Source: Candidatus Poribacteria bacterium
GTDB taxonomy: Bacteria; Poribacteria; WGA-4E; WGA-3G
Length of the DNA stretch: 64,000 nt
NCBI GenBank assembly: GCA_965217715.1
Contig: OZ244563.1
Span: forward strand, 1,445,083 to 1,509,082
Reading direction: 5' to 3'
Position 1 is the first letter of the stretch, and each line of letters opens with the position of its first letter. The notes beneath the pieces were generated by a model. It had not been told where the DNA came from and made no database searches. It saw nothing but the letters and a program-made list of their open reading frames with translations. The position numbers were made by a program, and so were the translations under genes. Shown piece by piece: positions 40,911-51,154 of the stretch.

Positions 40911-41816
40911 TTACTCATCTTTAGGGGCATCCATGGCACATCGGAATCCGATAATTTGTCCACTCGCAACAATGTCATCATATTCTCGGAAAGCACACCG
41001 CATGTGGTCTAAACCGGCAAACCAACTGGCTCCTCGCCAAGATTTTTTCCCCATCCCACTATTTTTGGGCCCTTTTGGATTTTCCCTTGGACTTACCGTA
41101 TAGTAATCCATATCAAACCAGTCTGAGACCCATTCGGCGACATTTCCAACCATATTTAGTGCGCCGTAAGGACTTGCCCCCTTATGAAAACTATCCACAG
41201 GTGCAGCCATCGCAAACCCGTCCAAATGCCCATCAAATTTACCTTCATCGTCAAAGTTGCATTTGGTAGGATCGAATTCATTGCCCCACGGCCAAATACG
41301 TCCATCTGTTCCGCGTGATGCCTTTTCCCATTCCGCCTCAGTTGGCAACCGTTTTCCAACCCATTCCGCGTATGCTATAGCGTCACCCCATGTCACACCA
41401 ACAACTGGCTGATCCGGATGATTGAATTTTGGATTGTCCCAAAAAATCGAATTTCGATGTCCTGTCGCCTCAACAAATTTAGAATAGTCAGCGTTAGAAA
41501 CCTCATATTTATCAATAAAAAAAGCATCTAAATATACCTTATGCTGTGGGAGTTCATCAAGTGGATCCGTCATCGGGTCTTTGTCTGGGTCACTTCCCAT
41601 CAAAAAATCACCGGCAGGAACAAACACCATTCCTTCCGGAATGTCTATTGTACTTTCCTCTTCTTTTGGAAGTTCCTCTAAAATCTCCATTTCATCGGTT
41701 GATTCTGGGACTTTATCTTCAACAAGGAGTTTCTCGTCTCCACCACAACCGTATAGGACGAACATCAGTATCATCAAGAGATATATGAATGATTTCAATT
41801 TAATTTTTATTTTCAT
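40911..41816 (-). CDS. FGE/SUMF1-domain lipoprotein (formylglycine-generating-enzyme-like) 1
   Basis: Lipobox LYGCGG. WEKASRGTDGRIWPWGN, RGASWF and C-terminal GFRCA motifs. Start reset to MKIKIK; the longer ORF overlaps the upstream gene. Confidence 0.75.
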   Translation of the reverse strand: MKIKIKLKSFIYLLMILMFVLYGCGGDEKLLVEDKVPESTDEMEILEELPKEEESTIDIPEGMVFVPAGDFLMGSDPDKDPMTDPLDELPQHKVYLDAFFIDKYEVSNADYSKFVEATGHRNSIFWDNPKFNHPDQPVVGVTWGDAIAYAEWVGKRLPTEAEWEKASRGTDGRIWPWGNEFDPTKCNFDDEGKFDGHLDGFAMAAPVDSFHKGASPYGALNMVGNVAEWVSDWFDMDYYTVSPRENPKGPKNSGMGKKSWRGASWFAGLDHMRCAFREYDDIVASGQIIGFRCAMDAPKDE

Positions 41817-41871
41817 AGTTAGAAGGGTAATTAAGTAGAATTCTGGAAAAACTTTATGTTGCTGCAGAAAT

Positions 41872-42699
41872 TTAAGGTGTTTTTGCACAGCGAAATCCAA
41901 CAGAACTACTGTGATCGCTGCATTGTGCGGGATAAATATAAAAAACTGTGGCACGTGTATCGCCAGGACCGTTAGTCCACGAACCACCACGGATTGTGTA
42001 AATTTCCCCATTAGTCTGCTCGGATTTTCCATGTCCATTTTCAGTTTCAGCGAGGGCACTTGTTACCCATTCCCAAACATTGCCAGACATGTCATGCAGA
42101 CCATAAGGACTAACTCCTTGAGCGAAACTTCCTACCGGGGCAGGATGCATAGCGTATCCATCCAAATTGCCATTCATCTGTCCATCGTCATCAAAATTTC
42201 CCAGTGATGGGTTATAACCATTACCCCAAGGATAGAGCCGACCATCTATACTTCGCGCTGCTTTTTCCCACTCAATATCAGTAGGTAATCTTTTCCCTGC
42301 CCATTCAGCATAAGTTTCAGCATCTTCCCAATTGACGCCAACAACAGGTTGATCAGGTGCATTAAGCGATGGGTTGTCCCAAAATTTTGGTATGCGATGA
42401 CCAGTTTCTGACAAGAATTCCGCGTATTGGCCGTTTGTGACTTCATATTTATCAATATAAAATGCTTCAACAAAAACGACCTGTGAATCCACCTCGTTAC
42501 CAAACGTCAGGTCGGTTTTTTCATTAGTTCCTATAGTTACTTCACCAGCAGGAATTAAAACCATCTCTTCAACATCAATGGTTGTATGATTACCTGATGT
42601 ATCAGGTTGGATAGGGTGTTCTGGGTTATCTTCGCTGCTACAAGCAATTAAACCGATTTTCAACACAAAAATAAAAAATAAAATGAAGTAAAATTTCAT
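41872..42699 (-). CDS. FGE/SUMF1-domain lipoprotein 2
   Basis: Lipobox LIACS. WEKAARSIDGRLYPWGN, RGGSW, and C-terminal GFRCAKTP. Start reset to MKFYF. Confidence 0.75.
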   Translation of the reverse strand: MKFYFILFFIFVLKIGLIACSSEDNPEHPIQPDTSGNHTTIDVEEMVLIPAGEVTIGTNEKTDLTFGNEVDSQVVFVEAFYIDKYEVTNGQYAEFLSETGHRIPKFWDNPSLNAPDQPVVGVNWEDAETYAEWAGKRLPTDIEWEKAARSIDGRLYPWGNGYNPSLGNFDDDGQMNGNLDGYAMHPAPVGSFAQGVSPYGLHDMSGNVWEWVTSALAETENGHGKSEQTNGEIYTIRGGSWTNGPGDTRATVFYIYPAQCSDHSSSVGFRCAKTP

Positions 42700-42753
42700 A
42701 TTATTCTCCATATCAGTTACCAGCATTAAGCTAATTTCGTCTGGATATCTGCC

Positions 42754-43728
42754 CTACTCTGCAGTTTCGGCAGTTAAGGATAGGAACAACTCTTCTAAAC
42801 TCTTCTCGTCAGTACGCATTTCAAGCAGATTCCATCCGTTATCAACGATCATTTTTGCGACTTCTGCTCGGATATCACCTGTCAGAGTGTACTGAATGTG
42901 GAATGTCAACGAATCATCAGTGCCTACTTCAGACTGTTCCGTTGAAACAACGTCAGGGATATTTTTTAGTGTTTCTCCTATTTTATCAGGTTGTTCACCT
43001 GTTACCACAAGGGTAAGTGTCTTTACAGGAGCGACGTTTTCTTCTTCAATCGCGGTTAATCTTGAAACAGCGCGACCGTTCGACAATTGAACATCACCTG
43101 TAATTTTGCCATTACTGATAATCAGTAGCCGTTCACACGTTTGACTTGCTTCGGGGAGAATATGGGTGCTAAAAAGAATCGTGCGCTCTTTGCCAAGTTC
43201 CTTGATTAATTCTCGGATCTCAACAATCTGGCGAGGGTCTAAACCGGAGGTCGGTTCATCAAGAATTAATACTTCGGGTTCATGAATCAAGGCTTGTGCT
43301 AAACCGACGCGTTGCCGAAAACCGCGAGATAATTGCCCAATAATCTGATTTCGTCTTACGGTTAATCCGCAAGATTCAATAGCAATATCCAACCGTTCTT
43401 TGATGTGTTTACGCGAAACGCCTCGGATTTTTGCCATGTAAGCGAGATACTTTGTAACCGTCATTTCAGTGTAAAGTGGAATGTTTTCAGGAAGATATCC
43501 GATCCGTTTCCGCACCTCACGTGATTCCTTGAAAACATCGTATCCTGCAACGAAGACTTTCCCGCTACTTGCAGGCATAAAGCAGGTTAGGATACGCATT
43601 GTCGTAGTTTTGCCGGCACCGTTGGGGCCAAGAAATCCTACAATTTGCCCCTTGTCAACGCTAAAAGATATATCCTTTAGTGCTTGAAACGGTCCGTAAT
43701 TTTTTGAGAGGTTTTGAACTTCAATCAT
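42754..43728 (-). CDS. ABC transporter ATP-binding protein (ABC-2 type, with C-terminal extension); no adjacent permease
   Basis: Walker A GPNGAGKTT, signature LSRGFRQRVGLA, Walker B LILDEPTSGLD. Confidence 0.8.
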   Translation of the reverse strand: MIEVQNLSKNYGPFQALKDISFSVDKGQIVGFLGPNGAGKTTTMRILTCFMPASSGKVFVAGYDVFKESREVRKRIGYLPENIPLYTEMTVTKYLAYMAKIRGVSRKHIKERLDIAIESCGLTVRRNQIIGQLSRGFRQRVGLAQALIHEPEVLILDEPTSGLDPRQIVEIRELIKELGKERTILFSTHILPEASQTCERLLIISNGKITGDVQLSNGRAVSRLTAIEEENVAPVKTLTLVVTGEQPDKIGETLKNIPDVVSTEQSEVGTDDSLTFHIQYTLTGDIRAEVAKMIVDNGWNLLEMRTDEKSLEELFLSLTAETAE

Positions 43729-44041
43729 TTTGGCTATTTCTTACGTTGAATTCATCTGCTGTATTGTAAAGCAAAGATAGACGCTATTGCTATTACAATG
43801 GTTGCTAAATTGATAATATTCCATATTTCACGTAATGCGAAGACTCTGATGATCGGGTTGTAGATGATAACCATAAGAACTAAAACGATACTCCAACCGA
43901 ATTTACCTATGACTATGGAGCGGATCGTGAGATATATAAAAACTGCACAACAGATCTATCTTAGATAAGTGTAGTTACGCATAAGGATTACTGGGATTGA
44001 GTGCAATTATAGTAAATTATGTAAATAAGTTCACATATATT

Positions 44042-44108
44042 CTGTAGGAGCGATCTCCGAATCGCGACTAAACCACTGGTAATCGGGAATCGGAGTTCCC
44101 TCCTACAG
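44042..44108. repeat. family-B MITE-like element with perfect terminal IRs ctgtaggag...ctcctacag
   Basis: ctgtaggagcgatctccgaatcgcgac-taaaccactggt-aatcgggaatcggagttccctcctacag. A reverse-orientation copy lies at 54937-54997. Confidence 0.8.
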
Positions 44109-44242
44109 TTCAGATGTAAAGTTAATTGTAGAATCCACTATAATAGTAAAAGAAACGAGTTGTGCTAAATAACTATATGTAGAACTCTATTTCACAAAAG
44201 AAGGTGTTTCGAAAGTCATTATCCTATATTTATATGGTCTTC

Positions 44243-44388
44243 AGTCCCGACAAATGCCACACGCGCATTTGGCGTTGATTTGGTAGGGACGATATGTTTA
44301 TAGAAAAAGGTCGGACGAGCACTTTTTAGTCCCGACAAATGCCACACGCGCATTTGGCGTTGATTTGGTAGGGACGATATGTTTATAG
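44243..44388. repeat. two direct 61-bp copies (44243-44303, 44328-44388) of agtcccgacaaatgccacacgcgcatttggcgttgatttggtagggacgatatgtttatag
   Basis: Each copy contains the hairpin caaatgc...gcatttg and the gtagggacgatatgttt module that also appears at 57954, 58233 and 58286. Confidence 0.8.
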
Positions 44389-44473
44389 CACAAATGCAAA
44401 TATATGTGAAAACCAACAAAACATATTGTTAACTGGCACAAGTCGTATAATTAACCATAAATGTCAGTGTGTG

Positions 44474-45196
44474 TCAAAGCTCACCGATGCAGAACACGGT
44501 ATTCTTTGCTTCTAAACTCCGAATTTCGGAATAGTGGTAAACTTGGGTAACTTCCACTCCATTTTTAATGATGGCAGTAGGACGTTCTATAACGAAGTCA
44601 GCGAAGTGCAATGCGTTGAAAGCAACGTAAGCGAGTCTGAACGTCTCAATCTGCCGATCGTATCGTTTTGACAGATCTGGAAATAGAACAATTCCTGTAT
44701 CAACTTGGTAGATGCCTGCGTTTTCATCTATGTTCATCGTTTTAACTGGACACTCGATAATTGCCCGCTGATGTGTATTGGTATCCCATATTTCTGTGTG
44801 CGTTACGATGGGTAGACATTTTTGTGTCGCCTCAAAAATAGCTGCGTTGCTATCAAGGACCCGGACCTGCGATGCATCTTCAACATCAAACAAGGGGCCT
44901 CCCCAATAATCCTGCGCCGGTCTATACTCTACGTAGTTATCGTTACAGTAAGCATGTCTTCTGAATACCGCTATATGTTCTTCACCAAAAACAGGGAGGA
45001 AGTCATAGTTTGGATTTGTGAAGAGATTTTTCTCCGCAAAGGTGTGTTCACTCTTACACGAACCACATTGGTAATAATCGCTGAAACTTCCATCTGTGTT
45101 ATCTATGATGCGGCATCGAGATTCGACCCAAAAGCGGGGGGCATTTCCGTTGCCAACAGAGTTGATAAAAGAAAGTCCATAATCAAGGCAATTCAT
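44474..45196 (-). CDS. hypothetical protein (240 aa), Cys-containing, no signal peptide
   Basis: ORF only. Lies inside the inverted-repeat-bracketed 44044-45526 segment. Confidence 0.35.
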   Translation of the reverse strand: MNCLDYGLSFINSVGNGNAPRFWVESRCRIIDNTDGSFSDYYQCGSCKSEHTFAEKNLFTNPNYDFLPVFGEEHIAVFRRHAYCNDNYVEYRPAQDYWGGPLFDVEDASQVRVLDSNAAIFEATQKCLPIVTHTEIWDTNTHQRAIIECPVKTMNIDENAGIYQVDTGIVLFPDLSKRYDRQIETFRLAYVAFNALHFADFVIERPTAIIKNGVEVTQVYHYSEIRSLEAKNTVFCIGEL

Positions 45197-45456
45197 TGAT
45201 TTTCCCTTAGGTGTGGTATATGATTTATTAAACTCATTTTATCCCAACAGTGTTCACCTGTCAATCGGCATCTCTTGTTTCATCTACCCCACAGTCCCTT
45301 TCATTTTTATTTCTTACACATTGCGGAAGTCTTATTGAATTAAAGCAAATAGTTCAATAAATTCAGAAACCTATAACGAACTGGATGGTACCTAACCTAC
45401 ATAAGATTCAGAAACAACTACATAGTGGAGTGTCTACCGAAATTTTGCGGGTAAAG

Positions 45457-45526
45457 GTCGCGATTCGGAGATCGCTCCTACTGAAGATGGGTCTATCTTT
45501 GTAGGAGGGAACTCCGATTCCCGATT
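45457..45526. repeat. inverted copies of both halves of the 44042 element (45457-45481 matches 44044-44068; 45500-45526 matches 44081-44107)
   Basis: Perfect reverse-complement matches of 25 and 27 nt. Confidence 0.8.
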
Positions 45527-45564
45527 ACTGACACGAATCACAATTTTAGAGCGGACAATCCATA

Positions 45565-46458
45565 TTAATCAACAATACTTTCAATTTTTCGTTGGATAGT
45601 AAATTCCTGATCTCTGGGACGACCAGACAGATATAAATTATTATCTGGATTGACTGCTTCGGATTCGGCAAGCACCTCTGGTAAGTCAACTGGCACAGAA
45701 TTCACTTCAACTCTATCTGGATAGACATGAACCTCCCGCCACATCATCGGGTAACATATAATACCAGATGTTACAATACATAATAAACCCTGTTCTCTAA
45801 AGACGCGATTGAGGTGTTGGTGTCCACAAAAGAAGCCCAAAATTTGTTTCTCAAAAGGTGCTACGATTTCAAGAATCTCCGCGGAGTTTGCAATTCTCGA
45901 ACCAATGCCTTGAAATTCTACACTTGGAAAGGGTAGTTGGTGAGAAAAAAAGAAGATTTCTTCACCGTAATCTGCAGATTTTTTCATTTCGCGTTCTACC
46001 CACGCAAGTTGATTCGTGCTGACATAGCCGTGCGTCAAGTCTTCGGGTACTTCTTGCGCATCAAGCAGAATAAATCGGATGTTTTCCTTGACGAAGCTGA
46101 CAGATCCCATACCATTTATACCAAATCGTTCTATATACGAGACTTTAAAACCAGTTTCAGGATCAAGATCATGATTACCGGGCATATAGTAACAGGGCAT
46201 ATTTAGACGTTCACCAAGTGATTTAGCGGTATTTAGAGCTTCTACATACTCCTCCGCAGACATATCAAAACTTTGTCCACCGCAAACAATATCTCCTCCA
46301 TGAACTACAAATGCAGGATCAAAAGCATTGAGTTGTTCAATCATCTTTTCATAAAGTGCAACACTGTTTTTTTGCTGTTGCAGTCCACCCGCAAAATTTT
46401 GAGTGGCATTCGGATAGAGATGTGTGTCTGTAATAAAGGCGAACTTGAAGGGTGTCAT
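45565..46458 (-). CDS. calcineurin-like metallophosphoesterase
   Basis: GDIVCGG and GNHD motifs. The longer ORF includes GDxHG-like VVHGGDI. Confidence 0.7.
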   Translation of the reverse strand: MTPFKFAFITDTHLYPNATQNFAGGLQQQKNSVALYEKMIEQLNAFDPAFVVHGGDIVCGGQSFDMSAEEYVEALNTAKSLGERLNMPCYYMPGNHDLDPETGFKVSYIERFGINGMGSVSFVKENIRFILLDAQEVPEDLTHGYVSTNQLAWVEREMKKSADYGEEIFFFSHQLPFPSVEFQGIGSRIANSAEILEIVAPFEKQILGFFCGHQHLNRVFREQGLLCIVTSGIICYPMMWREVHVYPDRVEVNSVPVDLPEVLAESEAVNPDNNLYLSGRPRDQEFTIQRKIESIVD

Positions 46459-47213
46459 GATGTAACTCTTTTTTTTAAAATTGCAATATAAGTCGGTTTG
46501 TCTGATTCAATGTAACGTTCAATTGTCCAACTTGTCCCAACAAGAATTTCTTCCAATTCCGATTTTGAAACGAACAAGTAGTCGAACCAAGGAGTAGCAT
46601 ATTGTTTGTAGCGTATCCGCAGCCTGAGTTGCCCACCCATTCTCCCTCGATCACGGTTAGATTGATGATAAGCAAGATGGACGAGATTTTCTGTCTGGTA
46701 AGGATCAACCGTTTCAGCGATAATCTTTCCGTCATCTGTTGTCATGCTCGCAAATCGTTTCAATAACCATTTTGTCCTCTTATAGCTGCTAACGAGTCCA
46801 AAATTGTGTCCCATCATAAGAATCGTGTTGAACACACCGATTTTTGCATTGAGTTGTGTTATCGGTGTGACCAAAGCGTTTTTGAGTCCGCGTTGTTGAC
46901 AGAGTTTTATGGCTAAAGGCGAAATGTCAGTAGCTAAGACATCATGTCCTTTTCCCTGAAGATAGAGAGCATGTCGTCCTGCACCACAACCGATATCTAA
47001 AACACGCCCGGTAGCATATTCTATCGCGACTTTTTGATGTTCTGCCCATTCAGGGTATTCCGCAAAGTATGCCAGTGGTCCCAAACGACTCGTGTCAATA
47101 TAACCATCCTCTCGCTCAACGATTTCAACATTCTGCTCCCCATTCTGATAATCAAGGAGAAGGTGTCCAAAAGCATCTTGTTTATCGGTTAATCCTTTAC
47201 TATTTTTTGACAT
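46455..47213 (-). CDS. class I SAM-dependent methyltransferase
   Basis: VLDIGCGAGRHALYL motif I. Start reset to an internal Met to limit overlap with the sulfatase. Confidence 0.65.
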   Translation of the reverse strand: MSKNSKGLTDKQDAFGHLLLDYQNGEQNVEIVEREDGYIDTSRLGPLAYFAEYPEWAEHQKVAIEYATGRVLDIGCGAGRHALYLQGKGHDVLATDISPLAIKLCQQRGLKNALVTPITQLNAKIGVFNTILMMGHNFGLVSSYKRTKWLLKRFASMTTDDGKIIAETVDPYQTENLVHLAYHQSNRDRGRMGGQLRLRIRYKQYATPWFDYLFVSKSELEEILVGTSWTIERYIESDKPTYIAILKKRVTS

Positions 47214-48558
47214 ATCCGGTCGTACCGTTCCGTTCTGCCTTATGTGCCTCCCAATAATCTTCAATATCTTGTCGCCACGTTTGTGCCGCTTCTGTCAACT
47301 CAGCGGTAAGCTCTGGATGTTCGTCTTTCAAATTAGTCGTTTCACCCATGTCTGTTTCAAGGTCAGCGAGGTGGACATCGTCTTCGGGGGGTGCGCCTTC
47401 TACCAATTGACCATTCAGTACTAATTTCCACTTGTCACGACGTATTGCTGTCTGATTTCCCATTTCCCAATAAATATCAGTGTGCGGAGAGAATTGCCCA
47501 TCACATACCATCGGTATTAAATCTAATCCATCAAGTTCATATTTGGAAAGATCACCATCAGCAGCGGATAGAAAAGTCGGAAAAACATCCATTGCTGCAC
47601 CCATTAGATTTACTTGACTTAATACGTTTCCGGGAGGAATTTCTTTAGGCCACTTCATAATCCCAGGTGAACGGATACCCCCTTCATATAGACTAAACTT
47701 GTGTCCTTTGAGTTTCCCCGCACTGCCACCGTAGTATGGGTCTTGTGTGCCATCTAACCAATTTCGAGTTTCACGCGAAGGACCGTTATCGCTCTGGAAA
47801 TATGAGAAGGTGTTTTCAGCGATACCTTGACGTTCCAATTCAGCAAAAATTTCACCGACACTATCGTCAACAGCACTTAGCATTGCAGCCATAATTTGTC
47901 TATCCCAAGGTAGATTGAGAAACCTGTCTACATATTCCTGTGGGGCGTGCATCGGATAATGTGGGGCATTGTAAGGCACATAGAGGAAAAATGGCTTGCC
48001 GAGTTCAACCGATTTTCGAATATATCTCACTGCATATTCTGTTATTAACTCCGTAAAGTATTCACCGTTTCGATATATCTCCTCACCGTTTTCCCAAAGG
48101 TCATGTGTTTGGTCAAAATCTGGTCGTCCCAATGCCCAATAAAAGATATGTGAATAGAAATCAATGCATCCCGCCATAAATCCGAACCAATCATCAAACC
48201 CGTGATCCTCAGGTCGTGAACCTTCTGCAAGACCAAGATGCCACTTCCCTGACATTGCTGAATAATAACCGAGTTCCTTAAGGGCAGTTGCAAGTGTAGA
48301 AACGGAAGGTGGCAATCCTGTAGCAGTGCGATGGCCAGCTAAGATCGATCGCACACCTGCATGGCAGGGATACCGTCCTGTTAATAACGCAGCACGCGAA
48401 GGAGAACAGACAGGTGAGTTGGAGTACCAATCTTTAAAAAGGATACCTTCAGCTGCCATTCTATCCAGATGTGGTGTTTTGAAATCAGTGGCACCCATGC
48501 AGGATAGGTCACCGTAGCCTTGATCGTCAGTCAAAAAGATAATGAAATTGGGTTGCAT
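47200..48558 (-). CDS. type I sulfatase (arylsulfatase family), FGE-dependent
   Basis: LTDDQGYGDL. The CSPSRAALLTGR motif matches the CxPxR formylglycine site. Family-typical GKWHLG. Confidence 0.85.
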   Translation of the reverse strand: MQPNFIIFLTDDQGYGDLSCMGATDFKTPHLDRMAAEGILFKDWYSNSPVCSPSRAALLTGRYPCHAGVRSILAGHRTATGLPPSVSTLATALKELGYYSAMSGKWHLGLAEGSRPEDHGFDDWFGFMAGCIDFYSHIFYWALGRPDFDQTHDLWENGEEIYRNGEYFTELITEYAVRYIRKSVELGKPFFLYVPYNAPHYPMHAPQEYVDRFLNLPWDRQIMAAMLSAVDDSVGEIFAELERQGIAENTFSYFQSDNGPSRETRNWLDGTQDPYYGGSAGKLKGHKFSLYEGGIRSPGIMKWPKEIPPGNVLSQVNLMGAAMDVFPTFLSAADGDLSKYELDGLDLIPMVCDGQFSPHTDIYWEMGNQTAIRRDKWKLVLNGQLVEGAPPEDDVHLADLETDMGETTNLKDEHPELTAELTEAAQTWRQDIEDYWEAHKAERNGTTGYVKK

Positions 48559-48804
48559 TGTATACCTCGTTCTTATCTGGCTATTTGCGGAGTAACATCC
48601 GCTGTGTTGACGTGAAATCCCCGGCAGTGAACGTATAAAAATAAGCCCACTTGCGATGGGTTCACCACGCTCGTTTCTGCCATCCCAATAGGCTGCACGA
48701 CTTTTGCTACCGTACAGACCTGCTTCCTGATTTTCTAAACGTTAACGTCCGAATCAGATCGCTATCTACTGAATAGATACGCAACGTCACTTCCACAGCT
48801 GCCC

Positions 48805-49528
48805 CTAACCGATACGGGAACCACGTCTCCGGATTAAATAGGTTCGGGTAGTTTTGAAAAACCGCTGTCGTTTTAATCTTTCCCCAGGTTGTGGGTGGTT
48901 GGCATAGGTGTGACGTGCCACAGCATCACTGTGCCATCCAAACTCCCACTCGCGAGTGTTTGTCCATCCGGACTGAACGCTACGCCATAGACCTGACCCG
49001 TATGTCCTGTGAGTGTTTTCTTGTGTTGACCCGTTTTCGCATCCCATAAATGGATAGTCTTGACCCAACTCCCACTCGCGAGTGTTTGTCCATCCGGGCT
49101 GAACGCTACGCTAAAGACCCAAACCGTATCTTCTATGAGTGTTTTCTGTGTTGACCCGTTTTCGCATCCCATAAATGGATAGTCTTGTGATCCGAACTCG
49201 CGGGTGTTTGTCCATCCGGACTGAACGCTACAATACGGCCCCGATCCGTATGTCCCGTGAGCAAATCAAGTGCTTTACCAGTCGCTACGTCGTATATCCA
49301 AATACCAGCATCGCTCACAACTTCAAGACACGTCCCATCTGGAAAATATGTAAACCCGTTTATATTGCCTTTACCGAGGCGTGCTTTAGCACCCTCGGGT
49401 AAACCCGGCGTTGTGTAGTCTTGGGCGAAAGCAGTGGGTAAATGTACATTGAAAATTAAAAATCCTGCCAAAACAATCGAAAATAATAACTTTGTTTTTA
49501 TCAAAATCGTTCCTTTTATTTTTTCCAA
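48805..49528 (-). pseudogene. secreted WD40-repeat protein broken across three frames (ORFs 49133-49528, 48873-49172, 48805-49068)
   Basis: Signal peptide then WD repeats (IHLWDAKTGQH, VAFSPDGQTLASGS). About 126-bp DNA-level tandem repeats (cccactcgcgagtgtttgtccatccggactgaacgctac appears 3 times) carry indels. Confidence 0.5.
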
Positions 49529-51054
49529 AAACTTCGGTCTAAACTCCGATATTGTATTGCCTCAGAGACGTGTGTCGTTTCTATATTCGGATTTTCCTCC
49601 AGATCAGCGATGGTACGTGACACTTTCAAGATGCGGTCATAAGCTCTTGCGCTCAATCCCAACTGATTGATGGCAACGCGAAGCAGGTCCTGTGCTTGCG
49701 ATTCAATTTTACAATATTCACGAATCTGCTTGGATTCCATATTAGCGTTCGCGTGTATTGTGGTGCTATCAAAACGTTGATGCTGAATTCGGCGTGCAGC
49801 TTCTACCCGTTCGCGCACGGTTGCTGACGGTTCACCTGTGACATCCGCCGAAAGTTCGGCATATTTCACTGCGGGCACCTCAACTTGGATATCAATCCTA
49901 TCCAATAGCGGTCCTGAAATCCGAGAAACATAAGTTTGAATTTGGTTAGCGGAACATTTGCATTCGCGATTTGGATCGCTGAAAAAACCGCAGGGACACG
50001 GGTTCATCGCTGCAACCAGCATAAAATTGGCAGGGTAGGTAAGCGATGCAGCTGCACGCGAAATCGTCACATGACCATCTTCCAATGGCTGCCGCATGAC
50101 TTCAAGCACGTTCCTGCGAAATTCGGGAAGTTCGTCAAGGAAGAGAACACCGTTATGTGAAAGACTCACCTCACCGGGACGCGGGACTTTTCCACCACCA
50201 ATCAAACCTGCGTCAGAAATTGTGTGATGCGGCGAACGAAACGGACGCGTCGCTACCAACGGAGTATCGTTTGGCAGAATACCGACAATACTCTGGATTT
50301 TTGTCGTTTCTAAAGATTCGTCTATAGACAACATTGGCAGAATCGAAGAAATTCGTTTAGCAATCATGGTTTTACCGGAACCGGGTGGACCAATCATAAT
50401 CAGATTGTGTCCACCTGCCGCTGCTACCTCAACTGCTCGTTTCACATGTTCTTGTCCTTTTACATCAACTAAATCAAGGAGGGATTCCGCGTCTCCTTTT
50501 TCGACCGTAGTGCTGAGTGTCGGGGGTTCCGGCGGTATATCCTTTGCAGAATTCAGGAATGCGGCAGCTTCCGTTAGACTTTCTACAGGGTAAACGTTCA
50601 ACCCTTCAACAATTGCTGCCTCTTTAGCATTTTCAGCGGGCAGGATGAGATTCTGCACGCCATTGTCTTTTGCTGCTATGGCAATAGGGAGTCCACCTTG
50701 TATGCTGCGAATGTTCCCATCAAGTGCAAGCTCACCCAATACCATAGTGCTTTCAAGATTAACTAAATCTACCTGATTCGTGGCAGCCATTACACCGATG
50801 GCGATGGGAAGATCAAATGCTGACCCTGCTTTGCGGATATGTGCAGGTGCTAAATTGGCGGTAATTCGGCTGGGAGGGAAGTAAAATCCTGAGTTTTTTA
50901 TTGCCGCTGTAACCCGATCTCTGCTTTCCTTGATAGCACTGTCCGGTAAGCCAACGGTGCTGAATGCGGGGAGACCATCCGCTACATCCACCTCTACTGT
51001 GACAATATAAGCATCAATTCCAAGTACTGCGCTGCTTAGGACAGTTGCTAGCAT
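49516..51054 (-). CDS. YifB/ComM-family Mg-chelatase-like AAA+ ATPase
   Basis: N-terminal [23 protein letters not shown], Walker A GPPGSGKT, Lon-like N-terminal domain. 512 aa. Confidence 0.85.
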   Translation of the reverse strand: MLATVLSSAVLGIDAYIVTVEVDVADGLPAFSTVGLPDSAIKESRDRVTAAIKNSGFYFPPSRITANLAPAHIRKAGSAFDLPIAIGVMAATNQVDLVNLESTMVLGELALDGNIRSIQGGLPIAIAAKDNGVQNLILPAENAKEAAIVEGLNVYPVESLTEAAAFLNSAKDIPPEPPTLSTTVEKGDAESLLDLVDVKGQEHVKRAVEVAAAGGHNLIMIGPPGSGKTMIAKRISSILPMLSIDESLETTKIQSIVGILPNDTPLVATRPFRSPHHTISDAGLIGGGKVPRPGEVSLSHNGVLFLDELPEFRRNVLEVMRQPLEDGHVTISRAAASLTYPANFMLVAAMNPCPCGFFSDPNRECKCSANQIQTYVSRISGPLLDRIDIQVEVPAVKYAELSADVTGEPSATVRERVEAARRIQHQRFDSTTIHANANMESKQIREYCKIESQAQDLLRVAINQLGLSARAYDRILKVSRTIADLEENPNIETTHVSEAIQYRSLDRSFWKK

Positions 51055-51154
51055 ACGATTGTTTCCTTCTCAAATTTGTCGAATATTTCCGTTCAAAAGG
51101 TTTTTTATTTTGCCCAATTTCAAATCCGATTCAGGTTGTTACAAATGATTCCCT

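Noticed and set aside
42000-42059. Apparent 188-nt overlap between the two FGE lipoprotein ORFs as given in the ORF track
   Set aside because: The overlap disappears when the downstream gene starts at the lipoprotein-type Met (MKIKIK, 41816). The long N-terminal extension has no signal features.
43752-43940. 63-codon open frame upstream of the ABC ATPase that looks like a last TM helix of a permease
   Set aside because: No start codon before the hydrophobic segment and no upstream continuation (stop at the 5' side). Too short to call; it may be chance or a remnant.
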